Source: Cyanophora paradoxa CCMP329
Lineage: Eukaryota > Plantae > Glaucophyta
Assembly (NCBI GenBank): GCA_004431415.1
Contig: QPMI01000197.1
Span: 13,341-77,340 of the forward strand
Direction of reading: 5' to 3'
Length of the DNA stretch: 64,000 bases
The position numbers were made by a program, and so were the translations under genes. The notes beneath the pieces are model-generated. The model made no database searches. It was not told the DNA's origin and saw nothing but the letters and a program-made list of their open reading frames with translations. This document shows positions 13,373 to 26,521 of this stretch, piece after piece (the first letter of the stretch is position 1; every line of letters begins with the position of its first letter).

Positions 13373-14465
13373 GCCTGCGGGGCGGTCAGCCGCAGAAGCG
13401 CGCCGCGGGGAGCGCGCCCCCGCCCCGCCCGGCGGGTCCCCAGCCTGCGGGGGGCCGCCCGGCCCGCGCTGAGCCCCTCCCGCAGGGGGCGGTGCACGCG
13501 CGCGCCGGGCTCTGCCTTTACCGGCCGCCCCGCCCCGCCCGAGTCGCGGCTCGGGGGAGCGACGGCGGCCTATGGGAGATTGCACCCCCACGCCCGGGCG
13601 CGCGCTGGGTCCTCCCCCCCTCCCCCCGTTCGTGGGTTGGCGAACGAGGCAGCAAGCGACGCCGGAGCGTGGGGCCCCCCCCACAGGCCCGGCCCCGTCG
13701 ACTCGCCCCGCATCTTACCCGACGTCCGCGCGCCCGCCGCGTCGCTTGGTGGGATCAGTGCGGCCCCTCGCACGCTGCTAGGCGACCCGTGCGGCCCAGA
13801 GCGAATTCGAAGCGATTCGTAGATTCTAGACCGGCGGGATCCGCCCAGCGGCAACTAGCGAGCAACCGGCGTTCTGCGCCCGCCCGGAGGAACGCACCTT
13901 CGACGGATCGCCTTGCAGAAGCAGAGCCGAGCTTTCGGAACCGACGGAGCCCGCCCGGTCAGAAATCCTTGCCGGTCGCGTGCTGCCTGCTGGCTGCTCG
14001 CCCGCTGCCCTGTGGAGCTGCGCGCCGGTACAAGCAAGCAATGAGCGAAGGACAGGAGCGATGCCAGAAACCCGTCGGCTTCGCACCTGCCGCGATGAAT
14101 GCCGATTCACCGAAGCGCTTGGGTACGGCCACGCCGAAGCGCCGGGTACGGTCGCGCCGCAGGCCTCCGCTGCTTTCTTGGCAGGCGGGCGGGTCTGTGA
14201 GCTGCATATACCTATAAACGGCGTTCCGGACCGGTGCACTACTGCCCGTCCACTTCATCGTGCGCCAGCCTTCCAGAGCGATCATATGCATGATCAGGAC
14301 GCAGGCGCAGCTGCAGCTGCAGTCATCAAGATGCAGCTGCGCCTGCGCACCGGCAGCTGCCGCCTGGCAGCCGGGCCCGAGGCCATGGCGGAGCAGAGCG
14401 CCGTCCGCGGTGGCGGGTCGACCCGCTCCTCGTTCAGCAGTACTTCTGTAAATCCAGCAGCACTC
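13373..14465. repeat. Shared ~1-kb upstream (promoter/5'UTR) block of the LRR-TIR family, copy A
   Basis: Near-identical to 36997-38195, 56904-57950 and 62921-64000, with shortened versions at 28665-29190 and 42136-42510. CCCCGCAG immediately precedes GCATG, suggesting a 5'UTR intron acceptor. Confidence 0.9.
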
Positions 14466-15215
14466 GGGCCGCCTGGCTGTCCGCCCGCTCGCTTTGGAGC
14501 GAGATCTTGGCATCATCTTGCCCGGCCTGGGGTACAGCCCGCTGTGCAGGCTCCTTCTGATCACGGCTTCAGCGATGCTTCTCTGCGATTTGGTACGCTC
14601 GCGCTCCTTCTCACTCGGCTCCTGTACCGCTCTGATCGCCGAGGCTCGCAGAGCTCGCTTCGCCTCGCGCGCGGCGCCGGCACATGTACGACCGAACACG
14701 CGCGTGCGAGCGGGGGCCTCGCGCCCGGCGGATCGCACACAATCGCCCTCGGTTGCTCGAGCCCCGTCGACCCGCGCGTGCGCGTATGCTTGCGCGCTAC
14801 GAGCACAGCGGCGCCGGCGCGGCCGCGGGCGGCGCGGCGCGGGAGGAGGGCGCGGTGCGGCCGCGGGCGGCGCGGTGGACGAAGAGCCTCGGGCGCGCTC
14901 CGAGCGGCTCGCTCGGACGAGAATCCTGGAGCACGCCTGCGCACTCTTTCTTCTCCACCCAGGCATCAGGCGCACCGCCTCACAAGCGCACCGTCCTGCG
15001 CCGCCTCCGCCAGTGCGTTCGGGACGTGAGGCCGCCCGCCCCGCGCCCGCCCCGCGCCTTTCCGCCCTGCCTCACCCTAGGCCCGCCCCGCCCCGCCCCG
15101 GGCGGCGGGCCCCGCAGATGTTCCGCGCGCTGGCGCGGCTGCCGGCGCTGCGGTCGCTCTGCGCGGACCGGTCGGGCCTCGGGGAGGAGTCCGCGACGCA
15201 CCTGCAGGAGCTGGT

Positions 15216-17870
15216 GCAGCAAAGTCGCCGCAGGGGCAGGGGCAGCCGGCGGGCGGGCAGAGGGGCCAGCGGTCCCCCGGCCCTGAGAAGGCGGCGCCCT
15301 CGATCGGGAGCTCTGCCTCCCTGGAGGCCGCCCCCGCCCCGGACGCGGCGGGGCTCCCGGCGACCCTCAAGCCCCGCCCCGCGCTGCCGCCCGCCGCCGG
15401 AGCCGGAGCCGGAGCCGGCGCCGGCGCCGGATCCTCCCTCGTCGCCGCCGCCGGCGCCGCCGCGCCCCGCCCGTCAACAACGACGACGACAGCGTCGGCT
15501 TCTCCCCCCGCCGCCGCCTCCGCCCCGGGCTCTCGCCCCGACTCCTTCAGCTGGCAGCAGCCGGACCAGCGGCGGCCCTCGACCAGCGACGGCCTCGCCG
15601 GCCCGGGCCTCCTCCCGCCGGGCGCTGTCATCGCCGGCATCAGGTCCGCCCGCCCGCCCCCCCGCCCGCCCGCTGCGCTGCGCCGCACAGAAGATGCTTG
15701 CTGGCCGCTCTGTCTACCTTTCCATCTCTGTCCACCTGTCCTTGACCCGCCCTCCCGCCGGGATGCAGGCGGGCGTCGACGGCGGCGAGCCTTCCGCGCA
15801 CCTACTCCGGCACCTCCCTCGCATCCACCGTCCTCCTCAACCCGCCCCAAGTGAGACCAACCTTCCTCCATCTAACTAACTAAAAACAGAGACAGAACAG
15901 AGGTGATAGGTCTACTGAGCCTCCTCTAACTAACTAACTAATTCACCTTGAGACCATCCTTCCCCCACCTAACTAACTAACTCTCTCGAACTAAATAACG
16001 AATCTCCCTCTTCTTGTTCTCCCCCCCTCTTCTTCTTCTGCCGCCCCTCACGCCCCTCGCAGACGGCGCCGGCGGGCCCGCCGAAGCGGCCGAGCGGCCT
16101 GAGCGCCCTCCAGGTCCACCCCCACCCCTTCCCACCCCCCTCCCCCCCCCATCCCCCCTCCCCCCCCTCCCCCCCCCTCCCCCCCCCCCCGAGAAGCTTG
16201 GATCTAGCCGGACGTGACGCAAGGAGCCTATTGAACCTAGAGAACGCCCGCCGAGGGCCCCGGGCCCGGCCCCGCCACCCCCTGGGGCAGACCAGGCGCC
16301 TCGCCCCCGCCCGCGCCCTCCTCCTCATCGCGGGGGCAGGCGCTGCTGGACGCGAGCCCGGTGGTCTTCGGCGCGGAGGAGCTCGCCCGCGAGGAGCGCC
16401 GCCTCCGCCGCCGCCGCCGGTGCGAGCCGCCCGCCCCCGCCCCGGCCCGCCCCGCCCCGGCGCCACGTCGTCGCTAGCTGTAGCTGTCTAGAGCTACTAC
16501 ACCTTGAATGCTATAGAACGAGGCCTCTTCTGACGGTGCCGCGCAGGCTGGCGAGGCAGGCGGCGGCGGAGGCGCGGGCGGACGCGGAGCGCGTCGCCAC
16601 GCCGGCGGCCCTGCAGCAGATGCAGCTGCAGCACTCGGCGACGGCCCCGGGGGCGCTCGCGCCGGGCCTGGCGGGGCGGTGGCGCAGCTCGCCGCGCGGC
16701 GCATGTCGCGGCGCATGTCCCTCATGAAGCTCGCCGAGCTCGCCGCCCAGGGCGCCGAGGTCTCCGCCTTTCTGAGGTGCCGCCCTCCTCCCTTCGGCGC
16801 GTCCGCAGAGGCTCACCTCGTTCGCCGCGGCGCAGCTCGGACGGCTCGCCGCTGCGGCAGCCGGCAGGCGGCAGCGGCGGGGCCGGCGCGTGGAGCGAGG
16901 AGAGCAGCTCGGGGAGCAGCGCGGAGGAGGCGGCCGCCGGCTCGGCGCAGGAGGAGGACGAGGCCGAGGAGGAGCGGATGCGCGAGGCGCGCCCGCCGCT
17001 GTTCGCCTTCGTTCGCTTCCGTTTGCTGTCCGCTGAGGGGGGTCCCGGGCGCAGGAGGACCCGCTGAGCCTCACGGGCTGGGCGAACGCTCGCCAGGCGA
17101 AGAAGGCGCGGCACCGGGGGGCGGGGGCGGGGCCCGCGGCCCCCGGGCAGGAGGGCAGGGCGGCCGCCGCGGCTGCGGCGAAGGGGCCGCTCAAGTCGGG
17201 CGGCGTGGGGGCCCGCCTCTTCCGGTTGTACATGGCGGTACCCCTCCCGTCCATGCGGCTCCTCAGGGAGCGCGGCCCCCGCTCGCCCTCCCCGGACTCC
17301 CGCTCGGCCTCTCCCCCCCGGGCCCAGACCGCCGCCGGCCGCGTCCGCGTCTCCACCCCCCTCGACCCCGTCCACCAGGCGGTGCGCGTACCCCCCTCTC
17401 CGCCTCCATCTCACTCCCCCCCTCCTCTTGACCTGGGTACGGCAGGCTCTGGACTTTGCAAACGCGCGGGCGGAGGCGCGGAGGCTGCGGCAGGAGGCCG
17501 GCATGAGCGCGTCCGCGGGGAGCCTCTCCTTCGGCGACCTACCCCCCCCGCCCGGCGACCTCCCGCCGGGCCTCAGATACGTACCCCCGCCGCGGAATAG
17601 GCGGGAGTCCACGGCGGACGGGGTACGCCGCTCCTCTGCGTCGGGCGGGGGGCGCCGGAGGAGCAGCATACTGGCGCCCGCCGGATCCGAACCGCCGCCC
17701 GCCGGCGCCGGCGCCGGGCTGGGGCCCCAGGGGCGGGGCCAGGGGCACCTCTCCGTCACGCAGTCGGCCCCCTCGCTCGGGGGCCCGGGCCTGCGCTCCG
17801 GCGCCCGCCCCGCGACGGTCCCCGCGGAGCCCGCCCGCCCGCACCTGCCCCCGGGGGCGGCGTGACTCTT
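15216..17870 (+). pseudogene. Duplicate of the 3' half of the START-domain gene, fused out of frame to an unrelated exon
   Basis: Colinear with ~24132-26526, sharing e.g. GARLFR.YMAVPLPSMRLLRE and ...PARPHLPPGAA*. At the junction the upstream exon MFRALARLPALRSLCADRSGLGEESATHLQELVQQ is in a different frame from the original AKSPQGQG. Confidence 0.75.
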
Positions 17871-20800
17871 TAAGGAAAAAGGGGGGCGGGCGGGGCGGCG
17901 GCGGGGGAAAATGCGAGCCGGGGGCGGGGGCGGGGGCGGGGCGGGCGGGGCGGCGCCAAGAGGAGTGGATTGGAAGCCGCGAGCTGTTGGTGCGCTGCCG
18001 ATGGCGAGGCTCGGGCCTCGGGTCTCGGGGGAGGCGGCGCGCGCCCTCAGAGTCAGTACAGGAGAATTCGAGGAAGAGGAGCCGCAGGCTGAAAGGCCGC
18101 GATCGGGCGCGGGGGCGCGGGCCGGGCGGGCCCGCGCCCCGCTGGCGGGCCCTCGCGCCCTGCAGCTGGCTCCAGATCTCTCATGATCAGTCTATCGGGC
18201 CAGTACTATAGCTAGAACTAGTCACGTGCACTGGGCCACTGCATGGGGAAGGGGAAGGGGGTCCTTCCCCAATGATAGCGCTAGCCTAGTACCGTAGTAC
18301 ACGTATACGTAGCTAGCTATAGCTATAGCTATATAGCTATAGCTGCCACGGCCTCAGCTCTTAATTCGGCCCTTCCATTTCGCTGCGAAAATCGGGCGAG
18401 TCCCGTCCCGGTTTTTTGTATGGGCCAGTTTGCAACGTCAGTGGGCGCCCGCCATAGTAAAAGACCGGGAATTTTCCCGGTTTTTTGTGGTAACGAGCTC
18501 GGATCCCGCGGGGCCCGCTTTTCAAACAAAGCCGCATTCGCGTCGCTGCGCACGCGGCACACGATGCGACGTAGCTACAGCGCGCGGAGAGGCGGTAGAG
18601 AGGCCGGGGCGGCGTGCGGGCGGCCGGTGGACGCCGGCGCAGCGCCCCGGGGAGCGGCGGGGCGGGCCGGGGCGCGGGGCGCGGGCGCGGGGCGCGGGGC
18701 GCGGGGAGAGAGGCGGGGGCGCTGCTGGGGACGGCGGCGGCGGCGCGGGCCGATCGGCGGCGCAGCGGCCTCAACCTCCGTCCCCTCCGCCGGGCCCGGC
18801 CCGACGCGCCCGCCCGCCCGCCCCCGCGCCAGTCCTCCTCCGCGGCTGCGGGCGGGCGGGCGGTGAGCGCGGGGGCCGCGGGGGCGGGGCCGGTGTCGGG
18901 GCGCGCACCGCGGGCGGGCGCCGGGGAGGCGCGAGCGGCGGGCGGGCCTCGGGCTCCGCAGCGGCTACGGTCGCTCCGGCGGGGGCGCGCGGCTCGGCCG
19001 GGGCCGCCGCGAGGCGCTCCTCCGCCAGCGCGCCCGCCGGCGGCCCCGGAGGCGAGGTCGAGGAGGGCGGGGGCGGGCGGGGTCGGGGAGGGCGAGGGCG
19101 GCGCCGTCCGCGGGGCGATCGGCGGGGACGAGGCGGGCGAGGGCGGCGCCCGCCGGCCGGCCCTCAGCTCCGGGCACCGCCTGCTCCGAGGGCGGCCCTG
19201 CTTCGTCCTGCTTCCGCCGCCGCCGCTCCTCCGCCGCCCCCGCGCCCGCGCCGCCGCAGCTCGGGCCGCCGTCCGATGCCCGCGCCTTTGCCTGCGGCCG
19301 CTGCGGCGTACGCGCCGGAGAGCCTCGGCCCGCCGGCGCCGCCTCCGCGCCCACGGGCCGCGCGCCGCCGGGCGCACGCGCGGCGAGGGCGGCGCCCTGG
19401 GGCGGGCGGGGCGGCGGGAGGGGAGTGGCGGCGGGGGCCGCGGGGCGCTGCGGGGGCCGAGCTGCGGGGCGGCCGCCGGGGGAGCGCCCTGTGCAGAGGA
19501 GAGCGGACTCCGGGCGCGAGGGCCGTACGCAGAGGCCGGCCGCCGCCTCACAGCTGAGCGGCGCCCCGTGCCGCGCCGGCTCCGTTGGATTCGCGGCGGT
19601 TACTAACTGCCGACAGCCGTTAGGCTAACTGCCGCGCAGCGGAGGGGGCGGCGCTTCGGGGCTTCGGGGCGCACGCTGCTCCTCGCTGGCGACCGGCGCG
19701 GGGCGGCCTCCGCACCGCGAACCGCGTCACGGGCAGTGCCGAGCCGTGCTCCACGGGCTTCGTGCTCCGCGCCCCACTCACGGCGACTCCGCCCTTCGCC
19801 CGCCAGTCCATTCAAGCGCGGCGCGGCCATCCGGGGCGACCTGCCGCGGGCGTGCGTCAGCTTCGACTTCGCCGCATGCAAATGCACGACGCTGTGCGAA
19901 CCAATGCCCTCCGCCAAGGCCGCCGCCGCCGCGCCTCCGCCGAGCTCGCGACGACCGCGAGCGGCCATTGCGGCGCTTCCGAGGGAGGCTGATCGTGCTC
20001 CAGATGCGTGGAGGAGCGCATTCTGCTGGCCAGCTGCTCGCCCGCACGCTGTGGAGCGAGATCTCGTCACGATTTCTGTGCCGGCTTGGGGTACAGCGAT
20101 CGCCCGCTTCGCCGCCTTCGCTCCTCGAGCTTCTATGCGCCTTGCGGCGCGGCGCCGGTATACGTGCGTTCCAACTCTATCGACATCCCGTGCTGGTCTA
20201 ACACGCGCCGCTCGCAGCCTTGCGATCTTGTGCGACTCGGCGATGCGGTCGATTGCAGGGATCAGCGCGCGCGCAGGCGCGCGGCTCGAGGCGAGTGCGA
20301 TGCGAGCCCGGCGTCGAGCGGATCCAGGTATGCGGCTCGGCCGCGCACGGACGCGCCCATCCTGCGCGACTCTGCCCGACTCTGCCGCCTCCGCTCCCAA
20401 CGAGCCGGCCCGCGTCGACGTCGCGCCCGCGCGCACGCTCGCTGACGTCCGCCTCGAGCGGCGCCCCGCGGGCCCCTCGCGATCGGACTCGCGAGTCGCC
20501 TCGCGCGAGAGGCGCCGCCGCAGCGCCGCGCGCCGCGCCTCCGCGCGCCCCTCGAGCTCCCGGAGGGCGCCGGCGACTCCTCCTCCTCCCTCCCGCGCGC
20601 CCCGCGCGCCCCGCGGCCGCCCCGCCCCGCCCGCCCCGCCCCGCCCCGCCCCCGCAGCTTGGCTTACTTTGTCTTTGGCCTTGGCTCTCTGGCTGTTTAC
20701 TCTCCGCCCAGGTTCGACATGGCGCACGTGCTCTTCCTCGGCGTGGACCGCGGCGAGGCGCACGGCGCCAAGAAGGTCGCCACGGTGCGCGCCCCTCGTC

Positions 20801-21079
20801 TCATTCTTCTATAAGATTCTTTTACAAGAGCCGCGAGTATTGCTGTTTTTATTCTATCTAGATCCAGACCGTTATTCTATCTATCGGCGCCAAGAGGGTC
20901 GCCACGGCGCGTGAGCGCGCCTACGGTCGAGGGCGAGATGAAGCTGGGCGGGGCTCGCGGTCGCTAGGGAGCTAGCTGCCCCACGCCCGACCCCCAGCTC
21001 GCTCGCTGGCGCCCGGGCCCCCGAGCCGAACCGAGCCGAGCCGCCCCGCCGCGCCGCGCCCGCGCAGCCGGAGCAGACG

Positions 21080-24000
21080 ATGTACGCGAAGGAGTACTAC
21101 AAGCGGGAGGCCGCCGACGCCCTCCTCGACGTCCGCCGCGAGGTGAGCGGGCGAGGCCCAGCCTCGACGATCCGATCTGGCCCAGCCCAGCCCAGTCTGG
21201 CTAGCCCCCTTCCCAGCTAGCCCAGCCCAGTCTAGCTAGCCCCCTTCCCTAGCTAGCTAGCTAGCTAGCTAGCTAGCTAGCCAGCCCAGACGATCCGATC
21301 TAGCCTCGCCTTGTCTAGCTAGGCCTTTCCAGTCCGGTCCGGTCTAGTCCAGCTGGGCCCCTTGTCTTAGCTTGCCTAGCATAGCATCTGCCTCTCTTTG
21401 AGCCCAAGCTGACTCCTCCCCGCAGTTCTCGGGTGCCGATCTGCTATGGACGGACCACGGGCCGCTTCCGGGCGAGAAGGTCAGACCCTCACCCGCGGGC
21501 CCCTCCCCCCCGCCCCCCTCGCGATCCACTCGCCCCCGGGCCATCTTCCACGCCGTGCCGCTCCTTATGCGCTCACGCCGGACTCAAATCCGCCGGCCTC
21601 CACCCGGGCTACCTACCCACGCCCGGGCGTCCCTCGCGCGCCCCTCACGCGCCCCCGCCCACCAGATCCGGCGGATGCACCGGGAGGACCCTCTCCCGAA
21701 CCGGCCCCCGATCCTCAAGTCCGCCCTCGTCATCCCGGTCCGCCCGTCCGCCCGCCCGCCCCGCGCGCCCCGCCCGCCCGCCCGCCTCGTCCTTCCGCTC
21801 GCCTCTACATTATATGCTTCCATAGCTTCCATTTAAGCTGGGCTCGGGCGCGCGTGCCGCGTCAGCGCACCCTCCCGGCCGGGCCGGGCCCCTTAGGTAG
21901 CCAGCGCGGGTTTCTGAACGTGCGCGCAGGCGCCGGCGTGGCGGACGGCAAACTTCCTGTGGGACCCCACGAGCCGCACCAAGTGGGACAAGGTGCGCCG
22001 GCGGGCGGCGGGTGGGCGGCCCCGCGCGAGCTAGCTCCGACCATCCTTGAATTTGATCCCTAGATTAGATCTCGTAGAAGATCCGATAGCGGAGCGCTCG
22101 TTTCCCAAGCGCCCTCAGAGTTTCCTCAGCTCAGATCCCATACATCTTAGCTCATCACTCGAGAAGACGCTTCCTTTCTAAGCTAACCAGCCAGCTACCT
22201 AACTGACTTCGGTTCCCCTCGCGCAGCTGGCGCTGCGGTGCGGGGTGGTGGACGAGCTGGAGCGGACGACGCGGGTCGACTACGTCGAGGAGACGAACCT
22301 GCAAACTTCCTGTGGGACCCCACGAGCCGCACCAAGTGGGACAAGGTGCGCCGGCGGGCGGCGGGTGGGCGGCCCCGCGCGAGCTAGCTCCGACCATCCT
22401 TGAATTTGATCCCTAGATTAGATCTCGTAGAAGATCCGATAGCGGAGCGCTCGTTTCCCAAGCGCCCTCAGAGTTTCCTCAGCTCAGATCCCATACATCT
22501 TAGCTCATCACTCGAGAAGACGCTTCCTTTCTAAGCTAACCAGCCAGCTACCTAACTGACTTCGGTTCCCCTCGCGCAGCTGGCGCTGCGGTGCGGGGTG
22601 GTGGACGAGCTGGAGCGGACGACGCGGGTCGACTACGTCGAGGAGACGAACCTGCTCCCGGGTCACCTCCCCCGCAACATGGTCCTCGTCGCCACCGTCC
22701 AGGTGGGCGCCAGCACCCGTCTGGCTGCCGGGCTCTGGGGCGAGAGAGCGGGCGGGCGCCGGTCCCGCTGACACGGCTCCCTCTCTCTGCAGCGCGACCT
22801 GCACGCGCGCATGTTCGTGATCGCCTACCGATCCGTCATCCACAAGAAGGGTGCTCCGCTTAACCCTGCTTTACCCTCCTTCTCTTTTTCCGCGGAGCTG
22901 AATCGTGGCGCGCAGTCAAAGTCGAGGGGCAGTTCATCCGGGCGCACGTCTTCAAGGGGGTGCGCCGTGCGGCGCGAGGGCGAGAGGGGGCTTGGCGCGG
23001 CACGGCGCGGCGCGGCGCGGCGGGGCGGGGAGCGAGAGGGGGCGGGGATACGCCGAGCGGCGGGGCGGGGCGGGACTCGGCTATCGATATCTCCCTTCCG
23101 GCGCAACGCAGCTCCGCTATCTCGCGTCTCGACTCTGGAGCGCTAGAAAGAGGGCCTGACGGGGCGGGGCGCGGGGCGGCAGGGCTTCATCGTGCGGGAG
23201 GTCGACGAGCGCAGCAGCGAGCTGACGTACGTCATCCAGATGGACGTCAAGGTAGCCTACCCCCCTCCTTTTCGCCCCCCCCCCCGTGACGTCACGCCCA
23301 CCGTGACGTCACGCCCGGTCAGGGCGTCCTATCGCGCGTCACGGCGGAACACTACTTCGCGCGACGCATGCTGGCGCCGCAGCAGGCAGGCTTTCCCGTA
23401 CCCCTCTTGCTTTCCTCCCCGCCCTTCCTCAGCGCCGCCCCCCTCCCCGCTTTGCAGATCGGGTACGCCCTTAGGATCGAGTACCTGTCCAACTGCGGGA
23501 AGGTGTGTGTACCCCGGCCGGGCTCCGCGGGCCCCGTACCCCGCCTCGCGGGCCGCGCTGACGCTCCTGGCAGTGGATCAAGGGCGGGCTCTTCCCCCCC
23601 CGCTCCCTCGTCTCCGAGTCGCGGCACATCCAGGGGGCCCTGAAGAAGGTCCGAGCACGCTCTTGTTCGTTCCCGCGCGTTTCCTCGCTCGTGATCTGAC
23701 GGGTACGCGGCAAGATCCGGGGGATGAAATCGCTGGTGTCGTTCCTTCCGGGGTCCTCGTCGGGGCAGCCGTCGCCCACTGGCTCCGAGGAGGACGAGCC
23801 GGGGGACCCGCGCCCCGCCCCGCCGCACGAGGGCGCAGAGGGACCCGGGGGGGAGGCCCCGCGGGGGGGTACGGAATCCGAGCCCCGCGAGGCGGCGGCG
23901 CCCCGCGAGCCGCAGGCGGACCCCGAGAGGGCGCGCGTGCCCTCCCCGGGGCCGGACGCCGACGCGCCGTCGCCGCAGCCGTTGCCGGGCCGCCCGAGTC

Positions 24001-26521
24001 GGCGCAGCCGTCGAGGAAAGCGGCGCGGCTCGCCGCGCCGCAGCCGCTCGACGTTGCAGGCGACCGTTCCCCCTCCCCTTCCCCTCCTCCCGTCGCCGGT
24101 CGCGGCGGCGGCCGGGGCCGCGCGGGCGGCCGCAGCGAAGTCGCCGCAGGGGCAGGGGCCGGCGGGCGTGCAGAGGGGCCAGCGGTCCCCGGCCCTGGGA
24201 AGGCGGCGCCCTCGATCGGGAGCGCTGCCTCCCTGGAGGCCGCCCCCGCCCCGGACGCGGCGGGGCTCCTGGCGACCCTCAAGCCCCGCCCGCGCTGCCG
24301 CCCGCCGCCGCCGCCGGCGCCGCCGCGCCCCACCCGTCAACAACGGCGGCGGCGGCGTCGGCTTCTCCCCCCGCCGCCGCCTCCGTCCCGGGCTCTCGCC
24401 CCGACTCCTTCAGCTGGCAGCAGCCGGACCAGCGGCGGCCCTCGACGAGCGATGGCCTCGCCGGCTCGAGCCTCCTCCCGCCGGGCGCTGTCATCGCCGG
24501 CATCAGGTCCGCCCGTCCTCCGCCCGCCCGCCCGCTGCGCTGCGCCGCACAGAAGATGCTTGCTGGCCGCTCTGTCTACCCTTACATCTCTGCCCACCTG
24601 TCCTTGACCCGCCCGCGTGCAGGCGGGCGTCGACGGCGGCGAGCCTGCCGCGCACCTACTCCGGCACCTCCCTCGCATCCACCGTCCTCCTCAACCCGCC
24701 CAAGTGAGTGAGACTCCACTGAGCCTCCTCTAACAGACCCCTTCCTCTCTCTACCCCCTCGAATCTTCTTCCGCCCCTCACGCCCCTCGCAGACGGCGCC
24801 GGCGGGCCCGCCGAAGCGGCCGAGCGGCCTGAGCGCCCTCCAGGTGCGCCCTGCAGGCGGCCGTCCCAAGAGGCTTGAATCTGGCCGGACCTGGACTTGA
24901 CGCTAGAGCCTAAAGAGCCTAGAGAACGCCCGCCGAGGGGCCCCGGGCCCGGCACCCCGCCGCCCGCCGCGCCCTCCTCCTCATCGCGGGGGCAGGCGCT
25001 GCTGGACGCGAGCCCCGTGGTCTTCGACGCGGAGGAGCTCGCCCGCGAGGAGCGCCGCCTCCGCCGCCGCCGCCGGTGCGAGCCGCCCGGCCCCGCACCG
25101 GCCCCGGCGCCAGGTCGTCGCTAGCTGTAGCCGTCTAGAGCTACTGCACCGTGAATGCTAGAGAACGAGGCCTCTTCTGACGGTGGCGCGCAGGCTGGCG
25201 CGGCAGGCGGCGGCGGAGGCGCGGGCGGACGCGGAGCGCGTGGCGACGCCGGCGGCCCTGCAGCAGCTGCAGCTGCAGCACTCAGCGACGGCCCCGGGGG
25301 CGCTTGGCCTGGCGCCGGGCCTCGCGGGGGCGGTGGCGCAGCTCGCCGCGCGGCGCATGTCGCGGCGCATGTCCCTCATGAAGCTCGCCGAGCTGGCCGC
25401 GCAGGGCGCCGAGGTCTCCGCCTTTCTGAGGTGCCGCCATCCTCCCTTCGGCGCGTCCGCAGAGGCTCACTTCGTTCGCCGCGGCGCAGCTCGGACGGCT
25501 CGCCGCTGCGGCAGGCGGTGGGCGGCGGCGGCGGGGCCGGCGCGTGGAGCGAGGAGAGCAGCTCGGGGAGCAGCGCGGAGGAGGCGGCCGCCAACTCGGC
25601 CCAGGAAGAGGACGAGGCCGAAGAGGAGAGGATGCGCGAGGCGCGCCCGCCGCTGTTTGCTGTTGTTTGATTCCGTTTGCTGTCCGCTGATGGTGGTCCC
25701 GGGTACAGGAGGACCCGCTGAACCTCACGGGCTGGGCGAACGCTCGCCAGGCCAAGAAGGCGCGGCACCGGGGGGCGGGGGCGGGGCCCGCGGCCCCCGG
25801 GCAGGAGGGCAGGGCGGCCGCCGCGGCTGCGGCGAAGGGGCCGCTCAAGTCGGGCGGCGTGGGGGCCCGCCTCTTCCGGAAGTACATGGCGGTACCCCTC
25901 CCGTCCATGCGGCTCCTCAGGGAGCGCGGCTCCCGCTCCCCCTCCCCGGACTCCCGCTCGGCTTCTCCCCCCCGGGCCCAGACCGCCGCCGGCCGCGTCC
26001 GCGTCTCTACCCCCCTCGACCCCGTCCACCAGGCCGTGCGCGTACCCCCATTCCCCCTCCGTCTCGCCCCCGGCCCGCTCCCCTTGACCGGGGTACGGCA
26101 GGCTCTGGACTTTGCGAACGCGCGGGCGGAGGCGCGGAGGCTGCGGCACGAGGCCGGCATGAGCGCGTCCGCGGGGAGCCTCTCCTTCGGCGATCTACCC
26201 CCTCCGCCTGGCGACCTCCCGCCGGGCCTCAGATACGTACCCCCGCCGCGGAACAGGCGGGCGTCCACGGCGGACGGGGTACGCCGCTCCTCCGCGTCGG
26301 GCGGGGGCCGCCGGAGGAGCAGCATACTGGCGCCCGCCGGATCCGAACCGCCGCCCGCCGGCGCCGGCGCCGGGCTGGGGCCTCAGGGGCGGGGCCAGGG
26401 GCACCTCTCGGTCACGCAGTCGGCCCCCTCGCTCGGGGGCCTGGGCCTGCGCTCCGGCGCCCGCCCCGCGACGGTCCCCGCGGAGCCCGCCCGCCCGCAC
26501 CTGCCCCCGGGGGCGGCGTGA
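21080..26521 (+). CDS. START-domain (lipid-binding) protein with long low-complexity C-terminus, multi-exon
   Basis: Exons read MYAKEYYKREAADALLDVRRE / PILKSALVIP / FLWDPTSRTKWDK / VVDELERTTRVDYV...PRNMVLV / MFVIAYRSVIHKK / GFIVREVDERSSELTYVIQMDVK / G, a START-like pattern. Linkage of the C-terminal exons is less certain. Confidence 0.7.
21948..22653. repeat. Perfect 353-bp tandem duplication within the START gene
   Basis: GCAAACTTCCTGTGGGACCCC occurs at 21948 and 22301. The duplicated unit is exon end + intron + next exon start. Confidence 0.95.

Noticed and set aside
11561-13684. 707-aa ORF (and similar long ORFs 55896-57215 and 61301-62920) as complete proteins
   Set aside because: They read through GC-rich introns lacking stops. 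The real products require splicing and start at the MG..W Met.
18361-20914. Several overlapping 300-400-aa Arg/Pro/Gly/Ala-rich ORFs on both strands
   Set aside because: Long ORFs are expected at this GC content and no domain was recognised. One or two spliced genes may exist, but strand and structure cannot be supported.
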